A stretch of DNA of 64,000 nucleotides from assembly GCA_045627785.1 (NCBI GenBank), contig JAZQOF010000047.1, forward strand, positions 50,199-114,198. The letters run 5' to 3'. The notes beneath the pieces are model-generated. The model had not been told where the DNA came from and did no database searches. It saw nothing but the letters and a program-made list of their open reading frames with translations. Shown one piece after another: positions 1 through 9,200 of the stretch (its first letter is position 1; each line of letters begins with the position of its first letter). The position numbers and the translations under genes are program-made. The stretch is from Bacteroidales bacterium (lineage in GTDB: Bacteria; Bacteroidota; Bacteroidia; Bacteroidales; UBA3663).

Positions 1-2
1 TG

Positions 3-1625
3 CTTGACGATGAGAAGAAGGAAGAACTCAAGAAACTTAATCTTAAGCTCTCTGACCTCCAGTTGAAGTTCTCTCAGAATCTCCTTCACGAGACAAACGA
101 GACATATGTGACTATCGATAATGTTGAGGACCTCGAAGGTCTTCCACAGGCAAATATCGATCGTGCAGCAGAGATGGCTAAGTCTATCGGTCAGGAAGGC
201 AAATATACATTCAACATGCAGCGTCCTTCATGCAACCCGGTTCTTCAGTATTGTAAGAACCGAGACGTTCGTAAGAAGGTGTATGATGCATATTATGGAC
301 GTGGTGCTCAGGATAATGAATATGACAACCGTGCTATCTGTTCTGAGATTGTAGCTCTTCGCCTCGAAAAGGCAAAGATCATGGGTTACAAGAACTATTC
401 AGAGGTAGCTCTCGACAACCGCATGGCTAAGACAAGCGACAATGTCTATCATCTTCTCGATCAGATCTGGACACCAGCTGTAGCAAAGGCAAAGGAAGAA
501 ATTGCCGATATCAAGGAAGAGATTAAGAAGGATGGCTTCGACTTTGAACCGGAAGGCTGGGATTATATGTATTACTCAGACCGTGCTAAGCAGGCTAAGT
601 ATAACATTAACGAAGAAGAGGTTTCTGAGTATCTTGAGATCAACAATGTGCTTCAGGGTATCTTCTATGTTGCTAACAAGCTCTATGGTTTGACATTCAA
701 GGAGATTACCGATGAGGTTCCTTCATACGAATCTACAGCAAAGTGCTGGCAGGTTATTGATAAGGATGGCAAGGATCTCGCAATCTTCTATAGCGACTAC
801 TTCCCACGTGATGGTAAGGGTGCTGGCGCTTGGTGTACAAGCTTCCGTGGTCAGAAATATGAGAAGAATGCCGATGGCGTTGACGAACGTAAGATTCCTC
901 TCGTAGTCAATGTCTGCAACATGACTCTTCCTTCTTCAGATAAGCCGGCTCTTCAGACAGTCGATAATGTTAATACAATGTTCCATGAGTTCGGTCATGC
1001 ACTTCATTCTTTCATGCGTGATGTTCATTACAGCGGTGCCAGTGGTGTTGAGCGTGACTTCGTGGAGCTCCCATCTCAGATTAATGAGCATTGGGCAATG
1101 GAGCCAGAGGTGCTTGCTGTATATGCAAAGCACTATAAGACAGGCGAGATTATTCCTGCTGAGCTCGTGAAGAAGATTGAAGAGAGTGGCAAGTATGGTC
1201 AGGGTTTCGCTACAGTCGAATATCTTGCTGCTTCTCTTGTTGATATGGATCTCCACGTATTGGAGGAAGTCCCTGCCGATTTGGATGTTCTTGCTTTCGA
1301 ACAGCAGAAACTTGCAGAGCGTGGCTGTCCAAAGCAGATCTTCCCACGTTACCGTGTTACAAACTTCAGCCACACAATGGGCGGTGGTTACACAGCAGGT
1401 TACTATAGCTACATCTGGGCAGAGGTTCTTGACTGTGATGCTTTCGAAGCATTCGTTGAGACAGGCGACATCTTCAATCAGGAGGTTGCTCAGAAGTTCC
1501 GTCAGTATGTACTCACTCCTGGTGGTATCGATGACGGTATGACAATGTATACTAACTTCCGTGGTGCAGAGCCTAATGTCGATGCACTTCTCCGCAATCG
1601 CGGTCTTGGAAGCTCTTGCCGTTAA
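3..1625 (+). CDS. dcp: M3-family zinc metallopeptidase (peptidyl-dipeptidase Dcp / oligopeptidase-like), 5' end cut by window edge
   Basis: The frame is open from nt 3; the track start at 63 is a TTG inside the ORF. It has the HEFGH zinc motif (MFHEFGHALH) with downstream ELPSQ, typical of M3 peptidases. Confidence 0.85.
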   Translation, partial: LDDEKKEELKKLNLKLSDLQLKFSQNLLHETNETYVTIDNVEDLEGLPQANIDRAAEMAKSIGQEGKYTFNMQRPSCNPVLQYCKNRDVRKKVYDAYYGRGAQDNEYDNRAICSEIVALRLEKAKIMGYKNYSEVALDNRMAKTSDNVYHLLDQIWTPAVAKAKEEIADIKEEIKKDGFDFEPEGWDYMYYSDRAKQAKYNINEEEVSEYLEINNVLQGIFYVANKLYGLTFKEITDEVPSYESTAKCWQVIDKDGKDLAIFYSDYFPRDGKGAGAWCTSFRGQKYEKNADGVDERKIPLVVNVCNMTLPSSDKPALQTVDNVNTMFHEFGHALHSFMRDVHYSGASGVERDFVELPSQINEHWAMEPEVLAVYAKHYKTGEIIPAELVKKIEESGKYGQGFATVEYLAASLVDMDLHVLEEVPADLDVLAFEQQKLAERGCPKQIFPRYRVTNFSHTMGGGYTAGYYSYIWAEVLDCDAFEAFVETGDIFNQEVAQKFRQYVLTPGGIDDGMTMYTNFRGAEPNVDALLRNRGLGSSCR

Positions 1626-1634
1626 TTTGTACGT

Positions 1635-3191
1635 ATGAGAAAGAGTAGTTTGTTTTTCTTCGTAGTCCTATCAGTACTGCTTGCCGGTTGTCGAAAGGAT
1701 GATAAGAGCATTGTCATTTTCTTTGACAATGATGTCCATTGTGCCGTTGATGGATACCCATATTTTGCAGGGCTTCGTAGTGCCGTTGATCAAGATACAG
1801 CCTATGTCGCAATGGTTTCGTCGGGTGACTATATACAAGGAGGTACGATAGGATCTATTTCCCGTGGCGAGGCTATCATGTCGATCATAAAAGAGATCGG
1901 ATACGATGCTATGGCGATGGGTAATCATGAGTTCGACTATGATGTACAGCATATCCAGAATCTTGCAGGCGATACCGATGCACCTTTGGTATGTGCTAAC
2001 CTCGTCGATAATGAAGGGAAAAACGTATTCGCACCATATCGCATCTGCCGGTACGGCAACAGAAAGGTGGGATATATTGGCGTAACTACTCCAAATACTT
2101 ATCTCTCGAAACCTGCAGCGTTCCAGGATTTGCAGGGCAACGTGCTTTACGATTTCCATCGTTTCGACCTATATGAACACATTCAGAAGACCGTTGATGA
2201 AGTTCGTAAGCAAGCCGATTACGTGATTGTGCTCTCTCATCTCGGAGAAGATCCAGACAGTATCGGTATTACTTCTCATAAGCTCATTGCTGCCACTCAC
2301 GGAATCGATGCTTTGATGGATGCTCACACTCACAGCTATGTTACTCCTCGACAGATCAGGAATGACAAAGGCGAAGGAGTCTGGCTTGCTCAGACAGGTG
2401 ATTTGTTCAATAATGCCGGTAAGCTTGTGATTGGCAAAGACGGTACTCTCTCAATGGAGCTTGTCAAGATCTTCGCCAATAAAGAAGGCATGGACAATTG
2501 TCCTGTGGATGCTCACATCAAACAATATGTCGATAGCATCGTTGCCTATTACTCGCAGATTACGGAAATGCCGGTAGGACAATGCGATTTTGATCTGGTA
2601 ATCGAAGATGAACTTGGTAATAACATCGTGAGGGTAAAGGATACCAATGCCGGAAATCTCGTCACCGATGCAATGCGAGAGTTCGCCCAGACAGATATCG
2701 CATTTACCAATGGTGGAGGAATCAGAAACTCTGTCAAGGCCGGTAATCTCAAGCGAGGCGATATCATTGCAATGCTGCCTTATGAGAATAATGTATGCTC
2801 GTTTACCATTACAGGACAACAACTTCAGTCAGTACTTGAGGCTTCGGTTAAGCCGCTTCCTGCGCTCAACGGATCCTTCCTGCAGATATCTGGTATGGAA
2901 ATGGATGTCAAGGTGCTTGCTGATAAGGATAATGAGGTAAGTAATATCAAGGTCCTCAATCGGAAGACACAGAAGTACGAACCGATAAAAATGGATGGTA
3001 CTTATTCTGTCGCTGTTACCGACTATCTTCTGATCAACGAGAACTTTAATGTCATGGATAAGAATTTCCCGGATTTGGTCAATCATCATGTGCTTAGTTC
3101 CGACGTTGTAATTGATTTTATCAATAATATTTGCAATGGAAAGGTACCAGGTAAATATGCAAATGCGGAGACTCGTATAAAATTTAAATAA
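1635..3191 (+). CDS. bifunctional metallophosphatase / 5'-nucleotidase family lipoprotein
   Basis: ATG start and lipobox VLLAGC. It has the GNHEFD metallophosphoesterase motif and a C-terminal nucleotidase-like segment (FTNGGGIR). Confidence 0.85.
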   Translation: MRKSSLFFFVVLSVLLAGCRKDDKSIVIFFDNDVHCAVDGYPYFAGLRSAVDQDTAYVAMVSSGDYIQGGTIGSISRGEAIMSIIKEIGYDAMAMGNHEFDYDVQHIQNLAGDTDAPLVCANLVDNEGKNVFAPYRICRYGNRKVGYIGVTTPNTYLSKPAAFQDLQGNVLYDFHRFDLYEHIQKTVDEVRKQADYVIVLSHLGEDPDSIGITSHKLIAATHGIDALMDAHTHSYVTPRQIRNDKGEGVWLAQTGDLFNNAGKLVIGKDGTLSMELVKIFANKEGMDNCPVDAHIKQYVDSIVAYYSQITEMPVGQCDFDLVIEDELGNNIVRVKDTNAGNLVTDAMREFAQTDIAFTNGGGIRNSVKAGNLKRGDIIAMLPYENNVCSFTITGQQLQSVLEASVKPLPALNGSFLQISGMEMDVKVLADKDNEVSNIKVLNRKTQKYEPIKMDGTYSVAVTDYLLINENFNVMDKNFPDLVNHHVLSSDVVIDFINNICNGKVPGKYANAETRIKFK

Positions 3192-3201
3192 TAAATAGAA
3201 T

Positions 3202-3249
3202 AATAATCGTCGGAAATTTTGGAATTTTCGGCGATTATTTATATTTTTG
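3202..3249 (+). terminator. hairpin terminator after the 5'-nucleotidase gene
   Basis: aataatcgtcg ... cggcgattatt forms an 11-bp stem (one G-U pair), followed by tatattttt. Confidence 0.55.
3242..3249 (+). promoter_or_regulatory. Bacteroidota -7 box (TAnnTTTG) upstream of the purF-like gene
   Basis: TATTTTTG lies 64 nt upstream of the ATG at 3313. Confidence 0.4.
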
Positions 3250-3312
3250 CAAATCTTTAAGAGGGATCCAACTAACCCGGATCTTATTAATTTATATTTA
3301 AGGTATTCAACT

Positions 3313-4791
3313 ATGGCTGGCATTTTTGGTTCGATCTGTACTGATTCATGTGTTACAGATGTTTTCTACGGAACAGATTATCACTCGCATCTTGGCACTC
3401 GCCGAGGTGGTATGTGTGTCTACAATGAAGAGACAGAGACTTTCAAGCGAAAGATTCACTCTCTCGAAAGCTCTTATTTCCGCACAAAATTCGAACCAGA
3501 ATTATCTGAATTCGCAGGAAAGGCTGGTATTGGTATCATCAGCGATACTGATGCGCAGCCTCAGTTGTTTAATTCCCATCTTGGTCGTTTCGCTATCTGC
3601 ACAGTTGCAAAGATTGTCAATCTTCAAGATATTGCGCAGCGTTTGCTCGATTCTGGCATGCACCTCACCGAGTTCACTTCAGGCCGCATCAATCCGACAG
3701 AGGTTGTCGGTTGTCTGATCGTGAAAGGCAAGAACTTCGTTGAAGGTATCGAGAATGTCTATCGTGAGGTCAAAGGCTCTTGCTCGATGGTAATCCTTAC
3801 CGAAGATGGTATCATTGTTGCTCGTGACTCTTGGGGTCGTACACCTCTCGTCATCGGTAAGAAAGATACAGGATATGCTGTAACAAGCGAAACATCATCA
3901 TTCCCTAACCTCGACTACGAGACAGTTAAGTTCCTTGGCCCTGGTGAAATTGTCAAGATTAAGGCAGATAGCTGCGTACAGCTCCGCAAACCGAACAAGC
4001 GTTGCCAGGTGTGCTCATTCCTCTGGGTTTACTACGGATTCCCAACAAGCGATTATGAAGGTCGTAATACCGAGGAATTCCGTAATAAGTGCGGTTTCGC
4101 AATGGGACAGGAGGATGACACAGAAGTAGATTGTGCATGCGGTATTCCAGATTCAGGTACAGGTATGGCAATCGGCTATGCCGCAGGTCATGGTGTTCCT
4201 TTCAAGCGTGCTATCTCAAAATATACTCCAACATGGCCACGTAGCTTTACACCTATGAACCAGGATACACGTGAGCTCGTTGCTAAGATGAAGCTTATTC
4301 AGAATAAGTCGATTCTCAAGGATAAGCGTGTGCTTTTCTGCGATGACTCTATCGTGCGTGGTACACAGCTTCGCGACAACACAGCATGTCTCTATGAGGC
4401 AGGAGCAAAAGAGGTTCACATGCGTATTGCTTGTCCTCCGCTCATCTATGGTTGCCGTTTCATCAACTTCACTACTTCCAAAAGTGATATGGAGTTGCTC
4501 ACACGTCGCTTGATCCAGGAGTTCGAAGGCGAGGCAGCAGCACAGGATCCTGAACGTCTTAAGGCTTATGCTACAACCGATTCTCCAGAGTACAAGAAGA
4601 TGGTAGAGCACATCCGTGAGCGTTTCAACCTCACTTCGCTCAAGTTCACAAAGATGGAGACTCTTATCGAGGCAATCGGCCTTCCAAAGGAATGTATTTG
4701 TACCCACTGTTTCGACGGTTCAAGCCAGTACACTTTGGAAGAGAACAATCTCGACAACGATCTTCCATTAGATTATGAATCGGCAAAGTAA
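3313..4791 (+). CDS. amidophosphoribosyltransferase-like protein (class-II GATase fold + PRTase) with degenerate glutaminase site
   Basis: The ATG at 3313 gives MAGIFGS, aligning to canonical MCGIVG with Cys1 replaced by Ala. The PRPP loop FCDDSIVRGTQL is intact. The upstream extension to 3247 has no homology signal. Confidence 0.75.
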   Translation: MAGIFGSICTDSCVTDVFYGTDYHSHLGTRRGGMCVYNEETETFKRKIHSLESSYFRTKFEPELSEFAGKAGIGIISDTDAQPQLFNSHLGRFAICTVAKIVNLQDIAQRLLDSGMHLTEFTSGRINPTEVVGCLIVKGKNFVEGIENVYREVKGSCSMVILTEDGIIVARDSWGRTPLVIGKKDTGYAVTSETSSFPNLDYETVKFLGPGEIVKIKADSCVQLRKPNKRCQVCSFLWVYYGFPTSDYEGRNTEEFRNKCGFAMGQEDDTEVDCACGIPDSGTGMAIGYAAGHGVPFKRAISKYTPTWPRSFTPMNQDTRELVAKMKLIQNKSILKDKRVLFCDDSIVRGTQLRDNTACLYEAGAKEVHMRIACPPLIYGCRFINFTTSKSDMELLTRRLIQEFEGEAAAQDPERLKAYATTDSPEYKKMVEHIRERFNLTSLKFTKMETLIEAIGLPKECICTHCFDGSSQYTLEENNLDNDLPLDYESAK

Positions 4792-5455
4792 CCGACTTGT
4801 AGGCATCGCAGATTTGTGTGAAGGAGATACTGCTTCGGTCGGTATCAATTACACCAATGCTGTGATTCTGGGTGGTGATATTCCTGTCGTGTTGCCTTAC
4901 ACCGACAATGTCGCTGCCATCAAATATATGATTTCCCGAATCGATGTCCTTCTGCTTGCTGGCGGATGCGACATCGATCCGTCGTTTTTTGGCGAAGCAC
5001 CTTCGCCTATGATCGGAGAGGTGAATCTCCGTCGTGATAAGTTCGAGTTCGCTCTGCTCGAAGAGGCAGTACGTCAGCATAAACCAGTCTTTGGCATCTG
5101 CCGAGGGATTCAGGTCATTAATGTGTATTTCGGCGGCACGCTCTATCAGGATCTTCCTACCGAACTCCCAGCTTCAGAAATCAACCATCAGCGTCCCGAT
5201 ATGAAGTGGGATGCCGTACACGAAATCCGTATTGCAACAGATTCAGAATTGTATAGGATTCTTGGTGTTGAAAGGGTCGGAGTCAACAGTACTCATCACC
5301 AGTCGGTCAAGGCAATTGCTCCCGGATTTATTGCAACGGCATGGACGGAAGATGGCGTTGTTGAGGCAATTGAATCGACTGAGTATCCTATTATTGCAGT
5401 TCAGTTCCACCCAGAACGACTTGTGAAAGATTCGCGATTTCATGCTATTTTTTGA
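4775..5455 (+). CDS. class-I glutamine amidotransferase, peptidase C26 / gamma-glutamyl-GABA hydrolase-like
   Basis: Motifs GICRGIQ (nucleophile Cys), STHHQS and QFHPE are present. It overlaps the upstream gene by 17 nt. Confidence 0.8.
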   Translation: MNRQSNRLVGIADLCEGDTASVGINYTNAVILGGDIPVVLPYTDNVAAIKYMISRIDVLLLAGGCDIDPSFFGEAPSPMIGEVNLRRDKFEFALLEEAVRQHKPVFGICRGIQVINVYFGGTLYQDLPTELPASEINHQRPDMKWDAVHEIRIATDSELYRILGVERVGVNSTHHQSVKAIAPGFIATAWTEDGVVEAIESTEYPIIAVQFHPERLVKDSRFHAIF

Positions 5456-5550
5456 AATGCGCAATATGCAAAATATGCATAATTGATTGCATTTTTATCC
5501 ACAAAAACTGTATTCAGACAATAATATATGTCTAACGTGCTAAAATACAC

Positions 5551-5558
5551 TACCTTTG
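5551..5558 (+). promoter_or_regulatory. -7 box TACCTTTG
   Basis: Matches TAnnTTTG, 60 nt upstream of the ATG at 5618. Confidence 0.4.
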
Positions 5559-5617
5559 CAATGTGATTAATATACACGTTTAAGGTATTGTATAAATTTT
5601 TATTATTTTTGTGCGTT

Positions 5618-5818
5618 ATGATTGAAATTATCGGTAACAATGCAGGTCTTGTGTGGAATGCACTCTCTGCAAACAATGGTTTGAGCGTTAAGGCTCTTAA
5701 GAAGGCAACAAAGATCAGCAAGGAGAAGGATCTCTATGCAGCTCTCGGATGGCTTGGCCGTGAGGGTAAGATCTCGATCGAAGAAACTGAGGATGATGTT
5801 GTTGTAACTCTTCTCTGA
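5618..5818 (+). CDS. small winged-helix protein (DUF2582-like)
   Basis: The 66-aa product from the ATG at 5618 reads MIEIIGNNAGLVWNAL...LGWLGREGKI, typical of the DUF2582 wHTH family. Confidence 0.7.
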   Translation: MIEIIGNNAGLVWNALSANNGLSVKALKKATKISKEKDLYAALGWLGREGKISIEETEDDVVVTLL

Positions 5819-5843
5819 TTTTTCTTCTTTATAAAAAATAAAA

Positions 5844-5876
5844 ATAGCACTCCAGATTTGGGGTGCTATTTTTTTC
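5844..5876 (+). terminator. rho-independent terminator
   Basis: atagcactcc / ggggtgctat stem with a 6-nt loop, followed by a T7 run. Confidence 0.7.
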
Positions 5877-5879
5877 TTT

Positions 5880-6200
5880 TGAAGATCATAACTTTCTCTT
5901 TCTGCTATACATTTCGACGCTCTACGATGACAACTTCCGAAAAAGAAAGTATTGATCAGAGAGCGTCGATGAGAACTCAGAGCGACTGGAGTAGTCATCG
6001 TAGGGCTACGACATCAACAACTGTTTACAAGTGTTGATGTCGACGCTCGTCAATCGGACTTCCGGACTTCCGGCGGACTCATTGACGACCGTCAATGACT
6101 TCTCGGGATTTCCCGTGGACTGATTGACGATCGTCGATGACTATGCTATAATAAGTTTGGTCTTATCATAAATCGTCAATCAGAGTACGAAATTTTATTT
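5880..6200. repeat. intergenic repeat cluster A (42-bp-period units plus 10-bp-stem hairpin), related to cluster at 36434..36860
   Basis: Units with ggact[c/g]attgacga..cgtc.atgac recur at 6075 and 6117 (period 42). There is a hairpin gacatcaaca/tgttgatgtc at 6010..6041. The block cgtcgatgag.actca...ctggagtagtcatc is shared with 36568..36610. Confidence 0.75.
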
Positions 6201-6202
6201 TA

Positions 6203-9200
6203 TTAATTTTTCAAAAGAAGTTTTGTGTTACCTACCAAATAGATTCCTTCTGCATCCATCTGGAATCGATTAGTACCTGCGTCGCAATGAAGGATACCAA
6301 GCCAAGCGCCGTCGGCTGTAAAGACGTTCAGACTTCTTGCTTCTTTTGTCTTAACAACTATGACAAGACCTTCATTCCATATCTTCAATCCTTCATCGTC
6401 AAGATCTTCTTTCATGTCTGTCATATTTTCTCCAGTCGAATTGATCCAGATGGAACGAGTTCTAGTTGGAGATGTCATGTAGGTGCGGAATGGAAGGATA
6501 TTTTCATAAGAAACGAAGGCAGAACCCGCATTGTTGATGCCTAATTGCGAGTCTTTATGCAAGAATGTTCCGAAGTGTGTGTATCCGTTTGCTGTAGTTG
6601 ATACTGCATTATCGTCACTTACCTTGATGGTGGTAGGTCCACTTTCGAAGGTAGCCTTCTGGTTGTATTTCTCACTACCATACGCATCTGTCTTGTAGTA
6701 AGACTCCATAGAGAACTCATAGAAGTCATCACCTGGGAAGGCAACGATGTAAGGCACAGCTGCGGTGAGAGGAACGTAGTCGGTGAAGGTATGAGATTGA
6801 GCGTACCAAGCCTTGTCGTGATAACCCATTGTGTCATCGTCTTCATCGTCGCGCGTGTCATACCAGTCATTATAGTTAAAGAGCGAAGTGAAGTAGTCGT
6901 TAGCTTGATAGGTGTAGTCACGCTTAGCTGTAGCTTGGTTGGTTTCTACAAACAAGCCTTCTCCACTGACAGCAGGACGTGCAAATGTTGCCTTATCGCC
7001 ATTCGCAGCTACCATGCCTGTGAGCCAATACTCATGATGAAGTGTACGATCATTTACAGCACCTTCTCCTGTTGGTATCTCTCCATAGAAGTGGGATATT
7101 TCTCCATTCTTCTCTGCCGTAACCTTAGTGGCTGTGAATGGGAGACAGATACCTTCCCATGCAGAACTGCTGTTGTAATCAACCAAATTATTATTGTCCG
7201 TATCAATCAAGTTGCGGTATTTCTGCGGATAACGCTCATACCAAGCTCTTTTATTTACATTGAAGGCAATTGGAGCATTGAAGTCTTGCTTATCAACGAG
7301 GTGGAAGTAATCAGTTGAGAACACCTCTGCATTCTTAACGATGTTGTGATATACCACATCCTTCTCAGCAATGTCTGCTTCATTCTTCTTGTCAAATACC
7401 GTCTCACCAGCATTATACACAAGCAGATTCTGACTGACATGTCCGGTAGTTGCATTATAATCCTTATTACTATCCACACTGAACGTCTCTGGCAAGGTCG
7501 TAGTATCATCACCCTCAGCCGTCATTTTTGTAAAGTCAATCGCAGTGAGCGTTGGCTGCAATGCCCAGGCATCCTTGTTATAGTGGAACTTTTGCTCTGC
7601 TTTACTTTGATAATATCCAACTGTCTGATATACTCTGTTTGCCTCCACCCATTTTACGGAGAACGCCTCATCAATGTGCACAGGATAAGCATCTGCATTA
7701 GTCTTGTCAAGATGCTGACCGAAGAAGAGGCAGTCGTGCTCTGTCAGCGTATAGTCACCAGCATGCTCTGTGTTATGGTTTGTCTGCATATTACCGTAGT
7801 TAGGAGCGCCTGTGCGGAGGAATCTCGCATTCTCGTAGATATCAGTAACACGGGCATAGCGCCAATCACCACCCATACCGTCGTTGTTGGCGTAAAGGGT
7901 GTGGACGTAGCCATCATTACTATCTGTCGTTTTGAAGTAGTGGCTGAGGGCGTAAGCCTTCTCGCCGTACTTCAACTCGTTAGCATTGTCTGAATTGGTG
8001 AAGCAGTTTGTGACAATTCCTGAAGAAGCTATCGTTCCGTTTGGCACACCAAGGTTATAGACCTTACCTGCAAGCTTATCTCCGAAGAGTGAGCCTCCTG
8101 CCGATGGCAAGGTTAATGAATATCCATTACCATGCAGCGTGCCAGCAAACGTATTTGTTATTGCAGAAAGCAGGGTGAGGTCGTTCTGCAAATAGAAGTT
8201 CAATCCCTCGCCATTATTGCCACCGTTGACATAGCTTACAAAAGCTGCGATGTCTGCATCGTCAGCAAGGTATATCATTGCACCCGGCTTGAGAGCCTTG
8301 GCGTAGATATTACCTTCTCCTGCAGCAAGCGTTACATTATAGTTGTCTGCTGTGATATCTGCCATTTTATGATAGTTATGTACCACAAGCATACGTTTGT
8401 TGAGAGGGTCGGTGTCTGTTGTAGTAGGGGCTACGACGAAATCTTCACCACCAGCGCGGAAGACATAATAGACATTCCAATGGTTTTGGCTGTAGAGCGC
8501 AGGAACGCTACCTTGTGAGTAGCCCTCTGCGGAGGTCGTGGTGAAAGACGCAGGAATTATCTTGCCCTTGCTTTCATCCCATGAATACGTACCTTCACTA
8601 AGGTCGTCCTTCAACGGCACGAGTTTCCATTCAAAGCCAGTTACAGGGAGCTGATCCGTGGTCTTAATCTGAATACCATTACTGTTGAAGCCGATGCGCT
8701 CGCCAGGGAGGGCACAGTTCATGATGTTCACATTACCCGTAAACGATGGACCCTGAATATACACAATCTCAAGGGTTACGTTGTAGGTCTTGTATTCGTA
8801 GGTAGGTTCACCATTGGTATCAGTCTTTCCATCAAGTTTTCTTGCCTTAATAATCAGCTGAACATTCTCAGGTACGCTGAGGTGGTTGTTATAGTATTCC
8901 TCCTCTTCGTTCAGAGGACAGTTGTTGACGTTGTCAATGAGATGGACGTTGAAGCGTGGGGTGGTATTGGTATTATTGTATGCAGTCCATGTCTGTGAAG
9001 TTATCTGCTCTGCATCCGTTGTTGAACGAGGCATCTCATTGCTCCACAGTGGTTGGCTATTGGAATTATCACCCACCTGTAGCGTGAACTGATATTTGAC
9101 ATCACTACCATCTAGCGAAGTAAGAGCATCATCACGTCCGCCACGGATATCTCTCCAGTATTTACTAGAAGCATCGGGAGTTTCTGCCTCAAGCCACTTC

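Noticed and set aside
3247-3312. The upstream start at 3247 for the PurF-like gene.
   Set aside because: The extension (MQIFKRDPTNPDLINLYLRYST) overlaps the promoter/terminator region. Class-II amidotransferase homology begins exactly at the ATG at 3313.
5603-5998. The 131-aa minus-strand ORF across the wHTH gene and repeat cluster A.
   Set aside because: It is antisense to a well-supported small gene and crosses its terminator. The remainder translates repeat DNA.
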